A stretch of DNA of 64,000 bases from Candidatus Binatia bacterium (GTDB lineage Bacteria; Desulfobacterota; Binatia; Bin18): NCBI GenBank assembly GCA_963664395.2, contig OY761159.2:864001-928000 (forward strand), read 5' to 3'. Numbering within the stretch: position 1 is the stretch's first letter; each line of letters begins with the position of its first letter. Below are positions 18,778 to 27,880 of this stretch, piece by piece. Made by a program: the position numbers and the translations under genes. The notes under the pieces were generated by a model. The model saw only the letters and a list, made by a program, of their open reading frames with translations, was not told the DNA's origin and made no database searches.

Positions 18778-18823
18778 GGATGATTTCTCCTTCTCTCTCT
18801 TTTCGGTTGTGCAGCAAACAAAA

Positions 18824-18849
18824 GGGCAACCACATGGGGTTGCCCCTAC
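18824..18849 (-). repeat. GTAG-type REP-like palindrome
   Basis: Minus strand GTAGGGGCAACCCCATGTGGTTGCCC. Confidence 0.7.
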
Positions 18850-18880
18850 CTATGTCTCAACGAACTGTCCGAAGTTGAGG

Positions 18881-19153
18881 TTAATCGATATACGGGCTGA
18901 AATTCCGCATAGCGAGCAAGAGGGCTTCAAGGTCAGCGTATTCGCTCAGTTCGATATACAGAAAATCATACTGACTGCGGACTTCGTCCGGGTCTTGTTC
19001 ATCCTGAGGAACGCTGAAAAGCGCCTCAAATTCCTTGATCATACCTTGCGATTGCAGCTTGGTCTCAATCGGAATTTCATCGTTGACGGCGATCAGCAGT
19101 TTGGTCTGCTTAATCAGCCGCAGGATCATCTCCTCATCGCTACGCTCTGGCAT
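18881..19153 (-). CDS. Hypothetical protein
   Basis: 90-aa ORF with GGAG RBS, directly downstream of the TPR gene. Confidence 0.6.
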   Translation of the reverse strand: MPERSDEEMILRLIKQTKLLIAVNDEIPIETKLQSQGMIKEFEALFSVPQDEQDPDEVRSQYDFLYIELSEYADLEALLLAMRNFSPYID

Positions 19154-19169
19154 GCAATCTCCGACCGCT

Positions 19170-19526
19170 CTATTTGTTCTCTTCTTGCTCCGATTTCTGT
19201 TCTTGCAATTGTCGTTTCCAGTCGAGCATCCGCGCCTTGGCCGCCACAGCCTCGGCCTCCGGAACCATATCTTTCTGCTGGTACAGGCGGGATAATATCG
19301 TGTAGCTCATCTCGTCGTCCGGGCTCAGCTCGGTCAACTTTTTTGCCATTTCAATGGCTTCATCGAGCTGTTCATTATCCGCATACGCATGGGCGAGGTC
19401 ATGCACGGCTTCGACATGGTTCGGGTCAATCTCCAGAATAGCCTTATAGGTGGTAATGGCTTGACCGGTCTCTCCGTCACACAGGAAATCGTAGGCTTCA
19501 TCGTACAGTGCTTCGATGGATGGCAT
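19170..19526 (-). CDS. Tetratricopeptide repeat protein
   Basis: AITTYKAILEIDPNHVEAVHDLAHAY...AIEMAKKLTELSPDD TPR pattern. Confidence 0.85.
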   Translation of the reverse strand: MPSIEALYDEAYDFLCDGETGQAITTYKAILEIDPNHVEAVHDLAHAYADNEQLDEAIEMAKKLTELSPDDEMSYTILSRLYQQKDMVPEAEAVAAKARMLDWKRQLQEQKSEQEENK

Positions 19527-19634
19527 GGCCGTTCTCCTTGGGTGCAGACAACCTAGCGGATTTCCGTAACAGCTCCAACCCCGTATCGCCCTCTCGTTGA
19601 CAGGGTTTTAGCGAGTTCCTATGCTCTTTTTCCT

Positions 19635-20720
19635 GTGAATACCCCAAGAAACCCAATAGACGCACGAGTCCTGGATTTTATCACCGCTCCCGACGGGAAG
19701 GACTTTGGAACCCTGGCCCTGGCAGTCTTCGCGTATCAATTTGAGAATAACCTCCCGTACCGGCGTTTCTGCCTGGCCAGAGACAAGACACCCGAGACCG
19801 TCCGGACGTGGAAAGATATTCCGGCCGTCCCTACGGTCGCCTTCAAAGAGCTTGATCTTACCTGCGGTCCGCCGGAAAAGATTTTTTTGACCAGTGGCAC
19901 CACGCGGGGACAGGAAAAGCGCGGGCGGCACCTTGTCCCGGACCTTCAGTTGTACCACGCCTCAGCTCTGGCCCACTTCTCGCAATGCCTGCTGCCCGAA
20001 AAGCGTCCCCTGCGTGTCTTGAGTTTGATTCCGGGTCCTGAGACACAGCCGAACTCATCGCTGACACAAATGGCTGCATGGGTCATGCGAGACTTGGGGA
20101 GCGCTGACAGTCGCTATTTTATTGATGCGGACGGTATTCACCTCGAAGCGTTTGCCGAAGCAGCCACGCATGCCCAAGCGACGAGTGAGCCGGTATGCGT
20201 CCTGGCGATTACGTCCGCCTTAGTCGCCTTTTTTGATTGGTGCGGCGTGAATAAAAAAACCTTTGCCTTCCCATCCAGTAGCCGCATTATGGATACGGGC
20301 GGCAATAAGGGCAAAGGCCGCTCGCTCTCTCGCAACGGCTATCTGCAATCGTGTTGGAAATATCTCAAGGTCGCCGGCTATTACTGTGTGAATGAATACG
20401 GCATGACCGAGATGGCCTCGCAGTTTTACGACCACGTCTTGTACAACCGCTTTCGGAAGAGCAATGAACCTCGGTATAAAATCGGGCCGGCCTGGACGCG
20501 CACGCTGGTCGTCCATCCCGAAACCCTGGAAGAAGTGCCGCCGGGCGAACACGGTATTTTACGTCACTTTGACCTGGCCAACTGCGGCTCGGTCATGGCG
20601 ATTCAGACCGATGATGTGGGCTATTTGACCGGCGAGGGCTTTGAAATTATTGGCCGGACGCCAGGCTCGGAAGCCCGTGGCTGCGCGCTGGTCCTGGACG
20701 AATTTTTGTCGGCGCAGTGA
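19635..20720 (+). CDS. LuxE/PaaK-like acyl-protein synthetase
   Basis: IPAVPTVAFK, FLTSGTT, SSL, MDTGGNKG, NEYGMTE, DLANCGSVMAIQTDDVG, GR...EARGC. Confidence 0.85.
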   Translation: MNTPRNPIDARVLDFITAPDGKDFGTLALAVFAYQFENNLPYRRFCLARDKTPETVRTWKDIPAVPTVAFKELDLTCGPPEKIFLTSGTTRGQEKRGRHLVPDLQLYHASALAHFSQCLLPEKRPLRVLSLIPGPETQPNSSLTQMAAWVMRDLGSADSRYFIDADGIHLEAFAEAATHAQATSEPVCVLAITSALVAFFDWCGVNKKTFAFPSSSRIMDTGGNKGKGRSLSRNGYLQSCWKYLKVAGYYCVNEYGMTEMASQFYDHVLYNRFRKSNEPRYKIGPAWTRTLVVHPETLEEVPPGEHGILRHFDLANCGSVMAIQTDDVGYLTGEGFEIIGRTPGSEARGCALVLDEFLSAQ

Positions 20721-22033
20721 CGGGTATAGGCATGCCGTCACCTTCCCCGACCGACCTGAGGGCAAGGCTGGATGCCCTGCTCGCCAACCGTATCCAATAC
20801 CTCGCCTCCAGAACGGCCCGAGACATCTTGGATTGCGTAGACCAGGCCGTTCAACGCTGGCTTGACCCCGACTCCCCAGAACGCCAGGAGGCCGAAGCCC
20901 GTCTCCCGGAAACGACCGGCCTCTCTGCGGCCATGATCCGGTACGTACTACCCCTCATTTTCCAGGAATATCGAGCGGACAAGATAGAAGCGCTCTGCGT
21001 TGATGAGTTGGGTTCTCTTGAAGTCCTTGACCATTTTGCCCCATACGTCTCAGGACAAAAGCGCGCCTACGGCCCACCGCTGATTACGCACGTCTTCGCC
21101 GGCAACGTGCCTGGAGCAGGACTCGACAGCGTCCTCTTCTCTCTGCTTGTGAAATCCGCCGCATTAGTCAAAGCTTCATCCGCGGAGCCACTATTGCCTG
21201 TCCTGTTCGCACGTTCAATTCAAGAAATCGATCCTGTCCTTGGCTCGTGTCTAAGCGTCGTCTCTTGGCCTGGGGGGAAAGCGGACCTGGAAGATATTGC
21301 TTGTGGACGCGCGGACATTGTTGTTGCGTCCGGCTCGGATGCGAGCCTGGCGGCAATCCGGGAACGAACGCGCGGGCAGTTCATCGGCTATGGACACAAG
21401 GTGAGTTTCAGTCTGGTGACCAAAGAGAGTCTGGCTGACGCGGAAGAGACTGCTCACAAAGCGGCTTATGACGTGGCGTTATACGATCAGCAGGGCTGTC
21501 TGTCGCCCCAGCTTATCTATATTGAGGAAGGCGGTGCCGTCACCCCAAAAGAGTTCGCAGCTCTTCTCGCCACGGGCCTGGCCAATTGGCAAACCGAGTT
21601 GCCGCGCGGGCCGGTCCCGCCGGAAGTCAGCACCGCCATCCGAAAAGTGAGAGACGAAGCCGAATGGCAGGCTCTGGCCGGTAAAGATATTGCCCTGCAC
21701 GCGAGCCCAAACGGAACGGACTGGACGGTGGTGTACGATGCCGACCCAACCTTTATCCAATCGCCCTTATACCGGACGATTCGGGTGAAGCCATTACGGA
21801 ACATTGCACAGCTCAGTGGGATTCTTGATACGTGGCGACCCTATCTCGAAGCGGCTGGAGTGGTAGCAGATTCCGCGCGGATGGCGACTCTTGCAGATAC
21901 ATTAGGAGCGTTGGGTGTCAGTCGCGTATGTCAGATCGGGACCATGCAGCGTCCGCCGTTGAGTTGGCGTCATGGTGGACGCCCGAGGATTGGGGATTTG
22001 GTGCGGTGGGTTGGAGTTGAGGGAGGAATATAG
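20717..22033 (+). CDS. LuxC-like acyl-CoA reductase
   Basis: HVFAGNVP, YGHKVSF, YDQQGCLSPQ (catalytic Cys), GVSRVCQIGTMQ...WRHGG; overlaps the luxE-like stop. Confidence 0.88.
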   Translation: MTGIGMPSPSPTDLRARLDALLANRIQYLASRTARDILDCVDQAVQRWLDPDSPERQEAEARLPETTGLSAAMIRYVLPLIFQEYRADKIEALCVDELGSLEVLDHFAPYVSGQKRAYGPPLITHVFAGNVPGAGLDSVLFSLLVKSAALVKASSAEPLLPVLFARSIQEIDPVLGSCLSVVSWPGGKADLEDIACGRADIVVASGSDASLAAIRERTRGQFIGYGHKVSFSLVTKESLADAEETAHKAAYDVALYDQQGCLSPQLIYIEEGGAVTPKEFAALLATGLANWQTELPRGPVPPEVSTAIRKVRDEAEWQALAGKDIALHASPNGTDWTVVYDADPTFIQSPLYRTIRVKPLRNIAQLSGILDTWRPYLEAAGVVADSARMATLADTLGALGVSRVCQIGTMQRPPLSWRHGGRPRIGDLVRWVGVEGGI

Positions 22034-22078
22034 AGATGGGGGGCTTCTTATGCTTCTCTGTAGGAACAGAAAGCGAGG

Positions 22079-22957
22079 TTGTTGATGAGAAAGACAGATG
22101 GACGATGCGGATGTGGTGCTCTAAAAGCGAAGATCGATGGTAGGACATTGAGAGACGCATTGAAGCGAACAGAGGTAGATAACAACTTTGGGAAATTCTC
22201 TGATACAGAATGGGTCGATGTTTGTCCGAAATGCAACGCCGACACTCTTTACCGTAAATTCCCATTCCTATGTCACGATGGAGTTATGCGTACTACAGAG
22301 AATTTGGACCCCAACACCAATCTTTATAAATCCAATGACCTGAGTTTTGCTGGCTTCACGTTTTCAAAGTTAGCACTTTACAGCTCAATCGAGCTACTTC
22401 GATGCGAAAACCATTCGCAAGAAGACAGCCTATGGACAGAAAATGTTGAGAAATTGGGCAAGGCCCTTGCAGGAAATCTCGATGCCGACTCTTCTTTCAA
22501 GTTTAGTCATGCTGTTTGCAATTGGGGAGGAGGTCAAAGAGTTTGGGGAAATCTCAAAAAAAATAAGCAACTAGCAAAGAAATTGCGCTCATGGTTCCAG
22601 GAGGCCAACAAAACAGATGACGCTGGGAAGGCAATTTTACCCGGCACAGCAATAAAGGGCCTTGGCGTTTCCTTCGCAAGTAAGCATCTCAGGATGCTTA
22701 ACCCTGAAAAGTTTGCTGTGTTGGATGACGTTCTCAGTCAGGGATTGGGTTTTGCACTAAATATCAAGGGGTATAAGTTCTTTATGAAAATGCTCCGCGA
22801 ATTTCAAAGCAAACACAGTCCCAAGAAATATAATGTTGCAACTCTAGAATCAGGAATTTTTCGGCTTGTCCGCCAACAAGTTCGTACACGCCAATCCAAA
22901 GACATCAGTGGATACCCAATAAATAAAGGGACGTTGCATCTTTTTGATCCTGACTAA
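22079..22957 (+). CDS. Hypothetical AT-rich protein with helix-hairpin-helix-like C-terminal half; start uncertain
   Basis: VCNWGG...IKGLGVSFASKHLRMLNPEKFAVLD; visibly lower GC than its neighbours. Confidence 0.6.
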   Translation: MLMRKTDGRCGCGALKAKIDGRTLRDALKRTEVDNNFGKFSDTEWVDVCPKCNADTLYRKFPFLCHDGVMRTTENLDPNTNLYKSNDLSFAGFTFSKLALYSSIELLRCENHSQEDSLWTENVEKLGKALAGNLDADSSFKFSHAVCNWGGGQRVWGNLKKNKQLAKKLRSWFQEANKTDDAGKAILPGTAIKGLGVSFASKHLRMLNPEKFAVLDDVLSQGLGFALNIKGYKFFMKMLREFQSKHSPKKYNVATLESGIFRLVRQQVRTRQSKDISGYPINKGTLHLFDPD

Positions 22958-23083
22958 GGGAAAGGCCCTCACCCTTCTTGTGTCGCCACCCTGTCTACTT
23001 AGAACGCCGCGCCGCATCAAATGCGAGGTAGACAAACAGTGAGGGAACGGCGATTAAGAGAAATGCAGCAACGTATTCCATAG

Positions 23084-23311
23084 CTAGAGTTCCCTCAAAT
23101 CTTTGATCCAGCTGTCTATCCGAAGATGAAGTCCAACAATTCCAGCACTCACTCCGGTTATAGCCACGAGGTCCATGGTCAAAAGGCTTGTTGAGGCTTG
23201 CCCATAGTTCCCGATAAACCAGCCAATTAAACTAATATCGGTGACAACCATGATACCGAGCCAAAGTTTGAGGTAGGCAATTTGCTCTTTGGCTACCTCA
23301 AGTTCCGACAT
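23084..23311 (-). CDS. Small two-TM hypothetical protein
   Basis: MSELEVAKEQIAYLKLWLGIMVVTDISLIGW...; two hydrophobic helices. Confidence 0.6.
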   Translation of the reverse strand: MSELEVAKEQIAYLKLWLGIMVVTDISLIGWFIGNYGQASTSLLTMDLVAITGVSAGIVGLHLRIDSWIKDLREL

Positions 23312-23417
23312 CTTCTCTAGTCCTCTCAACCGATATCTCGATGGTACAGCAATGATTAAGTGAGAATCAACACACTGGTGGACAAGGAGGTATTGTTGAG
23401 ATTATTGGAGAGTCACA

Positions 23418-23624
23418 ATGATACAAAACGATCAGGAATTACAAACTACTCGGGAGCGGATCGTACGTCTTGAAGATCAGGTCGCCCGTTTACGTCAAGT
23501 CGAAACGAATCCGGCGAACCACCATGCCTCGGCGTCCGGCTTTTTGGCCGAAATCGACCGCATGCAATTAGAAGTGCGGGAATATTTATCCTTGCACCCA
23601 GCGGAAATAGTCGTGACGGGGTGA
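23418..23624 (+). CDS. Small hypothetical protein (antitoxin-like N-terminus)
   Basis: GGAG RBS; MIQNDQELQTTRERI... Confidence 0.6.
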   Translation: MIQNDQELQTTRERIVRLEDQVARLRQVETNPANHHASASGFLAEIDRMQLEVREYLSLHPAEIVVTG

Positions 23625-23658
23625 ATTGGAAGCTCAGACGACAGGGAAGGAGCAGAAA

Positions 23659-23678
23659 ATCCCCTCTCGGGAGGGGAT
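23659..23678. repeat. Partial copy of the CCCCTC...GAGGGG REP-like family
   Basis: ATCCCCTCTCGGGAGGGGAT palindrome; core identical to the copies at 38841 and 44761. Confidence 0.75.
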
Positions 23679-23710
23679 CAGAGACAAAACACCTCATGAC
23701 ATTCGCTCAC

Positions 23711-24802
23711 CTACACCGGCGGTATCCAGCCTAAATCCTGGTAGCGCTTAATCAAGTTCCGCAACATATCTTCCGTATCCATACACTCGTGGAAACCGGC
23801 CTGTCTGATTTTAATCGTACTGACAATTATTGGCGGTGGAGCCTCTGACGCGCCGTAGGCAAAAGACAGGTCAGTCAGTTCAAACGATCCGCCTACAAAG
23901 TCCAGCATGTTTCGCGGAGCCTTGAGCTGATATTTATCGACAATCGCGGCCCATTCGGCATCGCGCTTGGGCATTTCTTCTGTCAGACACATCGGCTCAG
24001 GCGGACCGACTTCCATGCCCAGGGCATCCGCAATGGCCGGCCAGACATTTTGCCACACAAACACATCGCCATTGGTGCTGTTAAACGTCTCGTTGCGCGC
24101 GTTCGGGCTGGTGGCGGCCCAGGCTAAGGAGCGCGCCAGCAGGCCGGCATCCACCGCTTCAAACACGTAGGCCGAGCCGCCGGGGAACGAGAGCGGCAGA
24201 CCGGCTTCTTTACGCAGCGCCGCGTAAACACACAGGGCGGGCAAAACATTGAGGTTGCCCTTCAGCGCTTCACCAAAAATGAGCTGAGGTCGGAAGATTG
24301 ACCAGGACCAGTCTTTTCCCTGCTGCTGATCGCGTAGATAGTCTTCTTGCAGGAAATAGAAATTTTCATGCTGATGGCGCGGCCAACGCTCACGGGCCGG
24401 AGCAGGAAAGGGTTCGATATGCACGCCGTAGGCTTTGGTGCCTTGCAACAGCGACACATGTTGGATATTTTTCGCCGCACCCTTGAGCGGTTCAAACAGA
24501 TTCTCCAGCATCCTCAGATTCGTTTCCATCTGGTCCCGCTCACGCCAGCCCTGCACCACACCGGGTTTTTCATACAGCGCGGTATAGACCACATGGGTCA
24601 CATCGTGCATGTGGCTGAAGACTTCGGTACAACGAGCCTGGTCTTGCAGATCAACGGATATGAGCGTGGCGCCCTCAAGGCCGTCAGGAATACGGCGTGA
24701 CACACCGGCCACATCCCAATCGTCCAGGCTGGCAAAATGGCGCACAGCCGCAAACCCAACCAGTCCGGATGCACCGGCAACTAAGACTTTCTTCTTGGCC
24801 AT
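23711..24802 (-). CDS. PRISE-type (progesterone 5-beta-reductase/iridoid synthase-like) SDR
   Basis: VAGASGLVG, LLQGTKAYG, NFYFLQED, WSIFRPQLIFG, NGDVFVW. Confidence 0.85.
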   Translation of the reverse strand: MAKKKVLVAGASGLVGFAAVRHFASLDDWDVAGVSRRIPDGLEGATLISVDLQDQARCTEVFSHMHDVTHVVYTALYEKPGVVQGWRERDQMETNLRMLENLFEPLKGAAKNIQHVSLLQGTKAYGVHIEPFPAPARERWPRHQHENFYFLQEDYLRDQQQGKDWSWSIFRPQLIFGEALKGNLNVLPALCVYAALRKEAGLPLSFPGGSAYVFEAVDAGLLARSLAWAATSPNARNETFNSTNGDVFVWQNVWPAIADALGMEVGPPEPMCLTEEMPKRDAEWAAIVDKYQLKAPRNMLDFVGGSFELTDLSFAYGASEAPPPIIVSTIKIRQAGFHECMDTEDMLRNLIKRYQDLGWIPPV

Positions 24803-24915
24803 ACTTCCCTCCTTGTGTGTACCTGAGCTGTACCTGGCGCACGCTACCAATTTCGCTGTCAGGGTCAAGAGGACATTTATTGCTGAGCCGACCTCCCTCA
24901 CGTATGCTGCCGGCT

Positions 24916-26112
24916 ATGGCTTCTCTTCGTGACGATTTTCTGCGCTACGTGAGTCAAACCTCTCCTGAACCCATGGGTCTGGAAGTCGCACGCTCGCACG
25001 GCTGTGTTGTGGTGGACACCAGCGGCAAGGAATATCTCGACCTGCTGTCCGGCATTGGCGTGACCGGCATCGGCCATACCCATCCGGCCGTAGTGCAGGC
25101 CGTTCAGACCCAGGCTGAGCGTTATCTGCACGCCATGGTCTACGGTGAGTACATTCAGAAGCCACAGGTTGATCTGGCGCGGCGACTGGCCGAACTGGCC
25201 CCCGGCGAGCTGTCGGTTACATACTTCACAAATAGTGGCACGGAGGCAGTCGAGGGCGCGCTCAAGACCGCCCGGAAATATACCGGGCGGTCCGGCTTTG
25301 TCAGTTTTGTCGGCAGCTTTCACGGTGACACGTTTGGGTCCGTGTCAGTCGGGGGCAATCCAGTCTATCGAGACCCCTTTGAACCCCTGCTGCCGACCAC
25401 GACGTTTCTTCCGTTTAATGATCGCACGGCCTTGCACAAAATCGACGAGACAGCCGCAGCAGTCATTATCGAACCAATCCAGGGCGAAGGGGGCGTCCGT
25501 ATTCCGGACGACAATTATGTACCGGCAGTACGCCAACGCTGCTCCGAGGTCGGCGCCTTGCTTATTTTTGATGAAGTGATTACCGGCTTCGGTCGGACCG
25601 GTAAATTGTTTGCCAGCGAGCATTGGCAGGTCACCCCGGACATCCTGGTCGTTGCCAAAGCCCTGGGCGGCGGTATGCCCCTCGGGGCGTTTATCAGTAC
25701 GCCCCAGATCATGGCAACGTTGTCACACGATCCAGCCCTCGCTCATGTCACAACTTTTGGCGGCCATCCGGTATGCTGCGCTGCGGGCCTGGCCTCACTC
25801 GACGTTATTCTTCAAGAAAACCTGGTACAGCGGGCACAGGAAAAAGGGGCGGAGTTCTGTCGCAGGCTTGAAACGTTGGTCGAGACGGGCAGGTGTACTG
25901 CCGTGCGGGGACGCGGCTTACTGATTGGAATAGACTTCACCACACCGCAGATAACGCGGCAGTTTGTTCAGGGCTGCTTTGCCCAGGGGCTTATCTTGGG
26001 CTGGACTCTGCATGAAGACACGGTTGTCCGCCTGGCCCCACCGCTGGTAATTTCTTCGGAAGAGATTGATCGAGCGGTGTCGATTATGCGGCGGGTGCTG
26101 GAGCGTTTATAG
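24916..26112 (+). CDS. Class III PLP aminotransferase (ArgD-like)
   Basis: NSGTEAVEGALK, FHGDT, EPIQGEGG, FDEVITGFGRTG, AKALGGG, TTFGG. Confidence 0.92.
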   Translation: MASLRDDFLRYVSQTSPEPMGLEVARSHGCVVVDTSGKEYLDLLSGIGVTGIGHTHPAVVQAVQTQAERYLHAMVYGEYIQKPQVDLARRLAELAPGELSVTYFTNSGTEAVEGALKTARKYTGRSGFVSFVGSFHGDTFGSVSVGGNPVYRDPFEPLLPTTTFLPFNDRTALHKIDETAAAVIIEPIQGEGGVRIPDDNYVPAVRQRCSEVGALLIFDEVITGFGRTGKLFASEHWQVTPDILVVAKALGGGMPLGAFISTPQIMATLSHDPALAHVTTFGGHPVCCAAGLASLDVILQENLVQRAQEKGAEFCRRLETLVETGRCTAVRGRGLLIGIDFTTPQITRQFVQGCFAQGLILGWTLHEDTVVRLAPPLVISSEEIDRAVSIMRRVLERL

Positions 26113-26115
26113 GAG

Positions 26116-26556
26116 CTACGATTCGATTTTTCCCCAGGCGTGCACCTTGGTTGGCGAGATGCGGACCATGGCATTATTGGCAAAGGTGAGGGCCATCGCT
26201 CGATACTGCGGATAGCGTTCGCGCAGCAGAGCCAGCATCCGGTCGTATTCGGCTTCATCAGTAACCAGAGCAGTGGTGCCGGTAATCAAGACATAGGCAA
26301 GCTGGGTCCAGTCGTCGTCATAGTCATCAATAACGAGGGCCGCCTGAGGATTTTCCAACATATTGCGAATACGTTTAATGGGTTTTCCGGTCTGGCGCTT
26401 GGGCTTTTGGTCAACCACAAAATAGATGTGCTCACCATTAAAGGCATAGCAAAATGGAATCACATGCGGCTGGCCATTGACATCAGCGGTCGCCAAGCGG
26501 GCAACAATGTGGTCATTGATGAAGCGCTGAACCGGCTCTGAAATAGCGATAGGCAT
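26116..26556 (-). CDS. PPOX-class (split beta-barrel) putative F420/FMN-dependent enzyme
   Basis: ARLAT...PHVIPFCYA...VDQKPK...RIRNMLENP...DDYDDDWTQL...ERYPQY. Confidence 0.82.
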   Translation of the reverse strand: MPIAISEPVQRFINDHIVARLATADVNGQPHVIPFCYAFNGEHIYFVVDQKPKRQTGKPIKRIRNMLENPQAALVIDDYDDDWTQLAYVLITGTTALVTDEAEYDRMLALLRERYPQYRAMALTFANNAMVRISPTKVHAWGKIES

Positions 26557-26565
26557 ACGGCTGTG

Positions 26566-27633
26566 TCACTGTCCTGCCGGTGTAAGCTCAGGTGCAAGCG
26601 GTTCGTCTTGCTCAGCTTGCCTGGCAGCCTGAAGAGGTTCTCCACAAAAAGACGCCTGCGCCTCGCGGTACATCTCCTCGGCCCGACCGGCATAGCGCGG
26701 AGAAAAGTGGAAGACCCGTAACTCCCGTACTTGGGCTGAGCGACCGAGCAGTCCGGCCTGTTTTGTGGTGAGATGGTAACGCTTGGTGGCTTGATCCTCG
26801 TCTTCATCCAGAAATGGAGATTCGCAGAAAAAGACATCTGCGCTCTGGGCCAGGGTCGCGATGCGTTCCGCATTCTCCGGGCTGAAGAGCGTGTCCACAA
26901 CGTAGGCAAATTTCTGTCCGGGCGTTTCTTTTACCAGCGATTCCCGCGCCTGGTGCAGGCTGAAATCCCGTGAGCGGTCTTGTCCGTTTTCTTTCCACCG
27001 GGCAGTGACTACACAGCTATCCGGCTCTCCCCGGCGCAGGGCGCTTTTGAGTTCGGACAGCCACGGACCAGGGGGTATGCCAATACGCGCTAAGTGTACC
27101 GTATCCACATTCAGATGACTCTTCTCTTCCAGCGCAAACGCCATGGAGTAGATGCGATGGTCAAGATGGGTCGCTCGAATACAAAATGCCGGCTCATCCA
27201 ACACGACACCGTGAAACGGCTGCGCAGACAGCGGCTCGCGAGTAAAACCAGTTGAAGCATGGAATACTGCGCGCTGCATCGACTCAGGCGAGACCTCCGC
27301 CACCTCTAATGAGAAACCATAGCCATCAACCAGATTCCAGGTATAGCCGCGGAGTTTGCCCTCAACACAGTCCAGGATGCCGGGCGGCCCATAGAGCCAT
27401 AGTTTCTTGTCCCGACCCAGAAACAAACGCAGCAGTCGATCGAACCCAATGAAATGGTCCATGTGACAGTGCGAGACAAACACATGGCTAACCCGTAAAA
27501 GCTCTCCAGCCGGGAAGGCATCGTTCTGGCCGAGGTCGAACAACAAAGCCCGACCTTCCCAGCGCAGATGTATATACAGCCCAGGGTCACCAAACGGCCC
27601 GTTTATCAGACGGGGGACAAAGGCGGGATTCAT
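26566..27633 (-). CDS. Ribonuclease Z-like metallo-beta-lactamase fold protein
   Basis: NGPFGDPG, SHCHMDHFIG, YVVDT, YHLT, FHFSPRY. Confidence 0.85.
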   Translation of the reverse strand: MNPAFVPRLINGPFGDPGLYIHLRWEGRALLFDLGQNDAFPAGELLRVSHVFVSHCHMDHFIGFDRLLRLFLGRDKKLWLYGPPGILDCVEGKLRGYTWNLVDGYGFSLEVAEVSPESMQRAVFHASTGFTREPLSAQPFHGVVLDEPAFCIRATHLDHRIYSMAFALEEKSHLNVDTVHLARIGIPPGPWLSELKSALRRGEPDSCVVTARWKENGQDRSRDFSLHQARESLVKETPGQKFAYVVDTLFSPENAERIATLAQSADVFFCESPFLDEDEDQATKRYHLTTKQAGLLGRSAQVRELRVFHFSPRYAGRAEEMYREAQASFCGEPLQAARQAEQDEPLAPELTPAGQ

Positions 27634-27690
27634 AGAGTACAGCAGCCGTTCAAACCGTGAGCGATATTATCCGTTGTGTTCCCCCACTTT

Positions 27691-27734
27691 GCAAGCCAGG
27701 AGCAAGCCAGAAGCAAGCCAAGAGCAAGCCAGAA
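27691..27734. repeat. 11-bp tandem repeat GCAAGCCA(G/A)(G/A)A x4
   Basis: Read directly; lies in a divergent intergenic region. Confidence 0.9.
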
Positions 27735-27880
27735 TGGCCAAACACATCCGTCACAGCACGCAAATGAGGCCCTCAATCAGGGTCCAAGTCGGGGTTCAAG
27801 TAGGGTTATTGACAGCCGCAGGGCTGGTCGCTACCCCTACTGAACCGGCAATAGAGGATGTGCAAAGGGAGTGACCACCA

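Noticed and set aside
19635-22033. Bioluminescence lux operon
   Set aside because: No luxA, luxB, luxD or luxG.
27809-27840. Sigma70 promoter at TTGACA
   Set aside because: No good -10 hexamer at 16-18 bp spacing.
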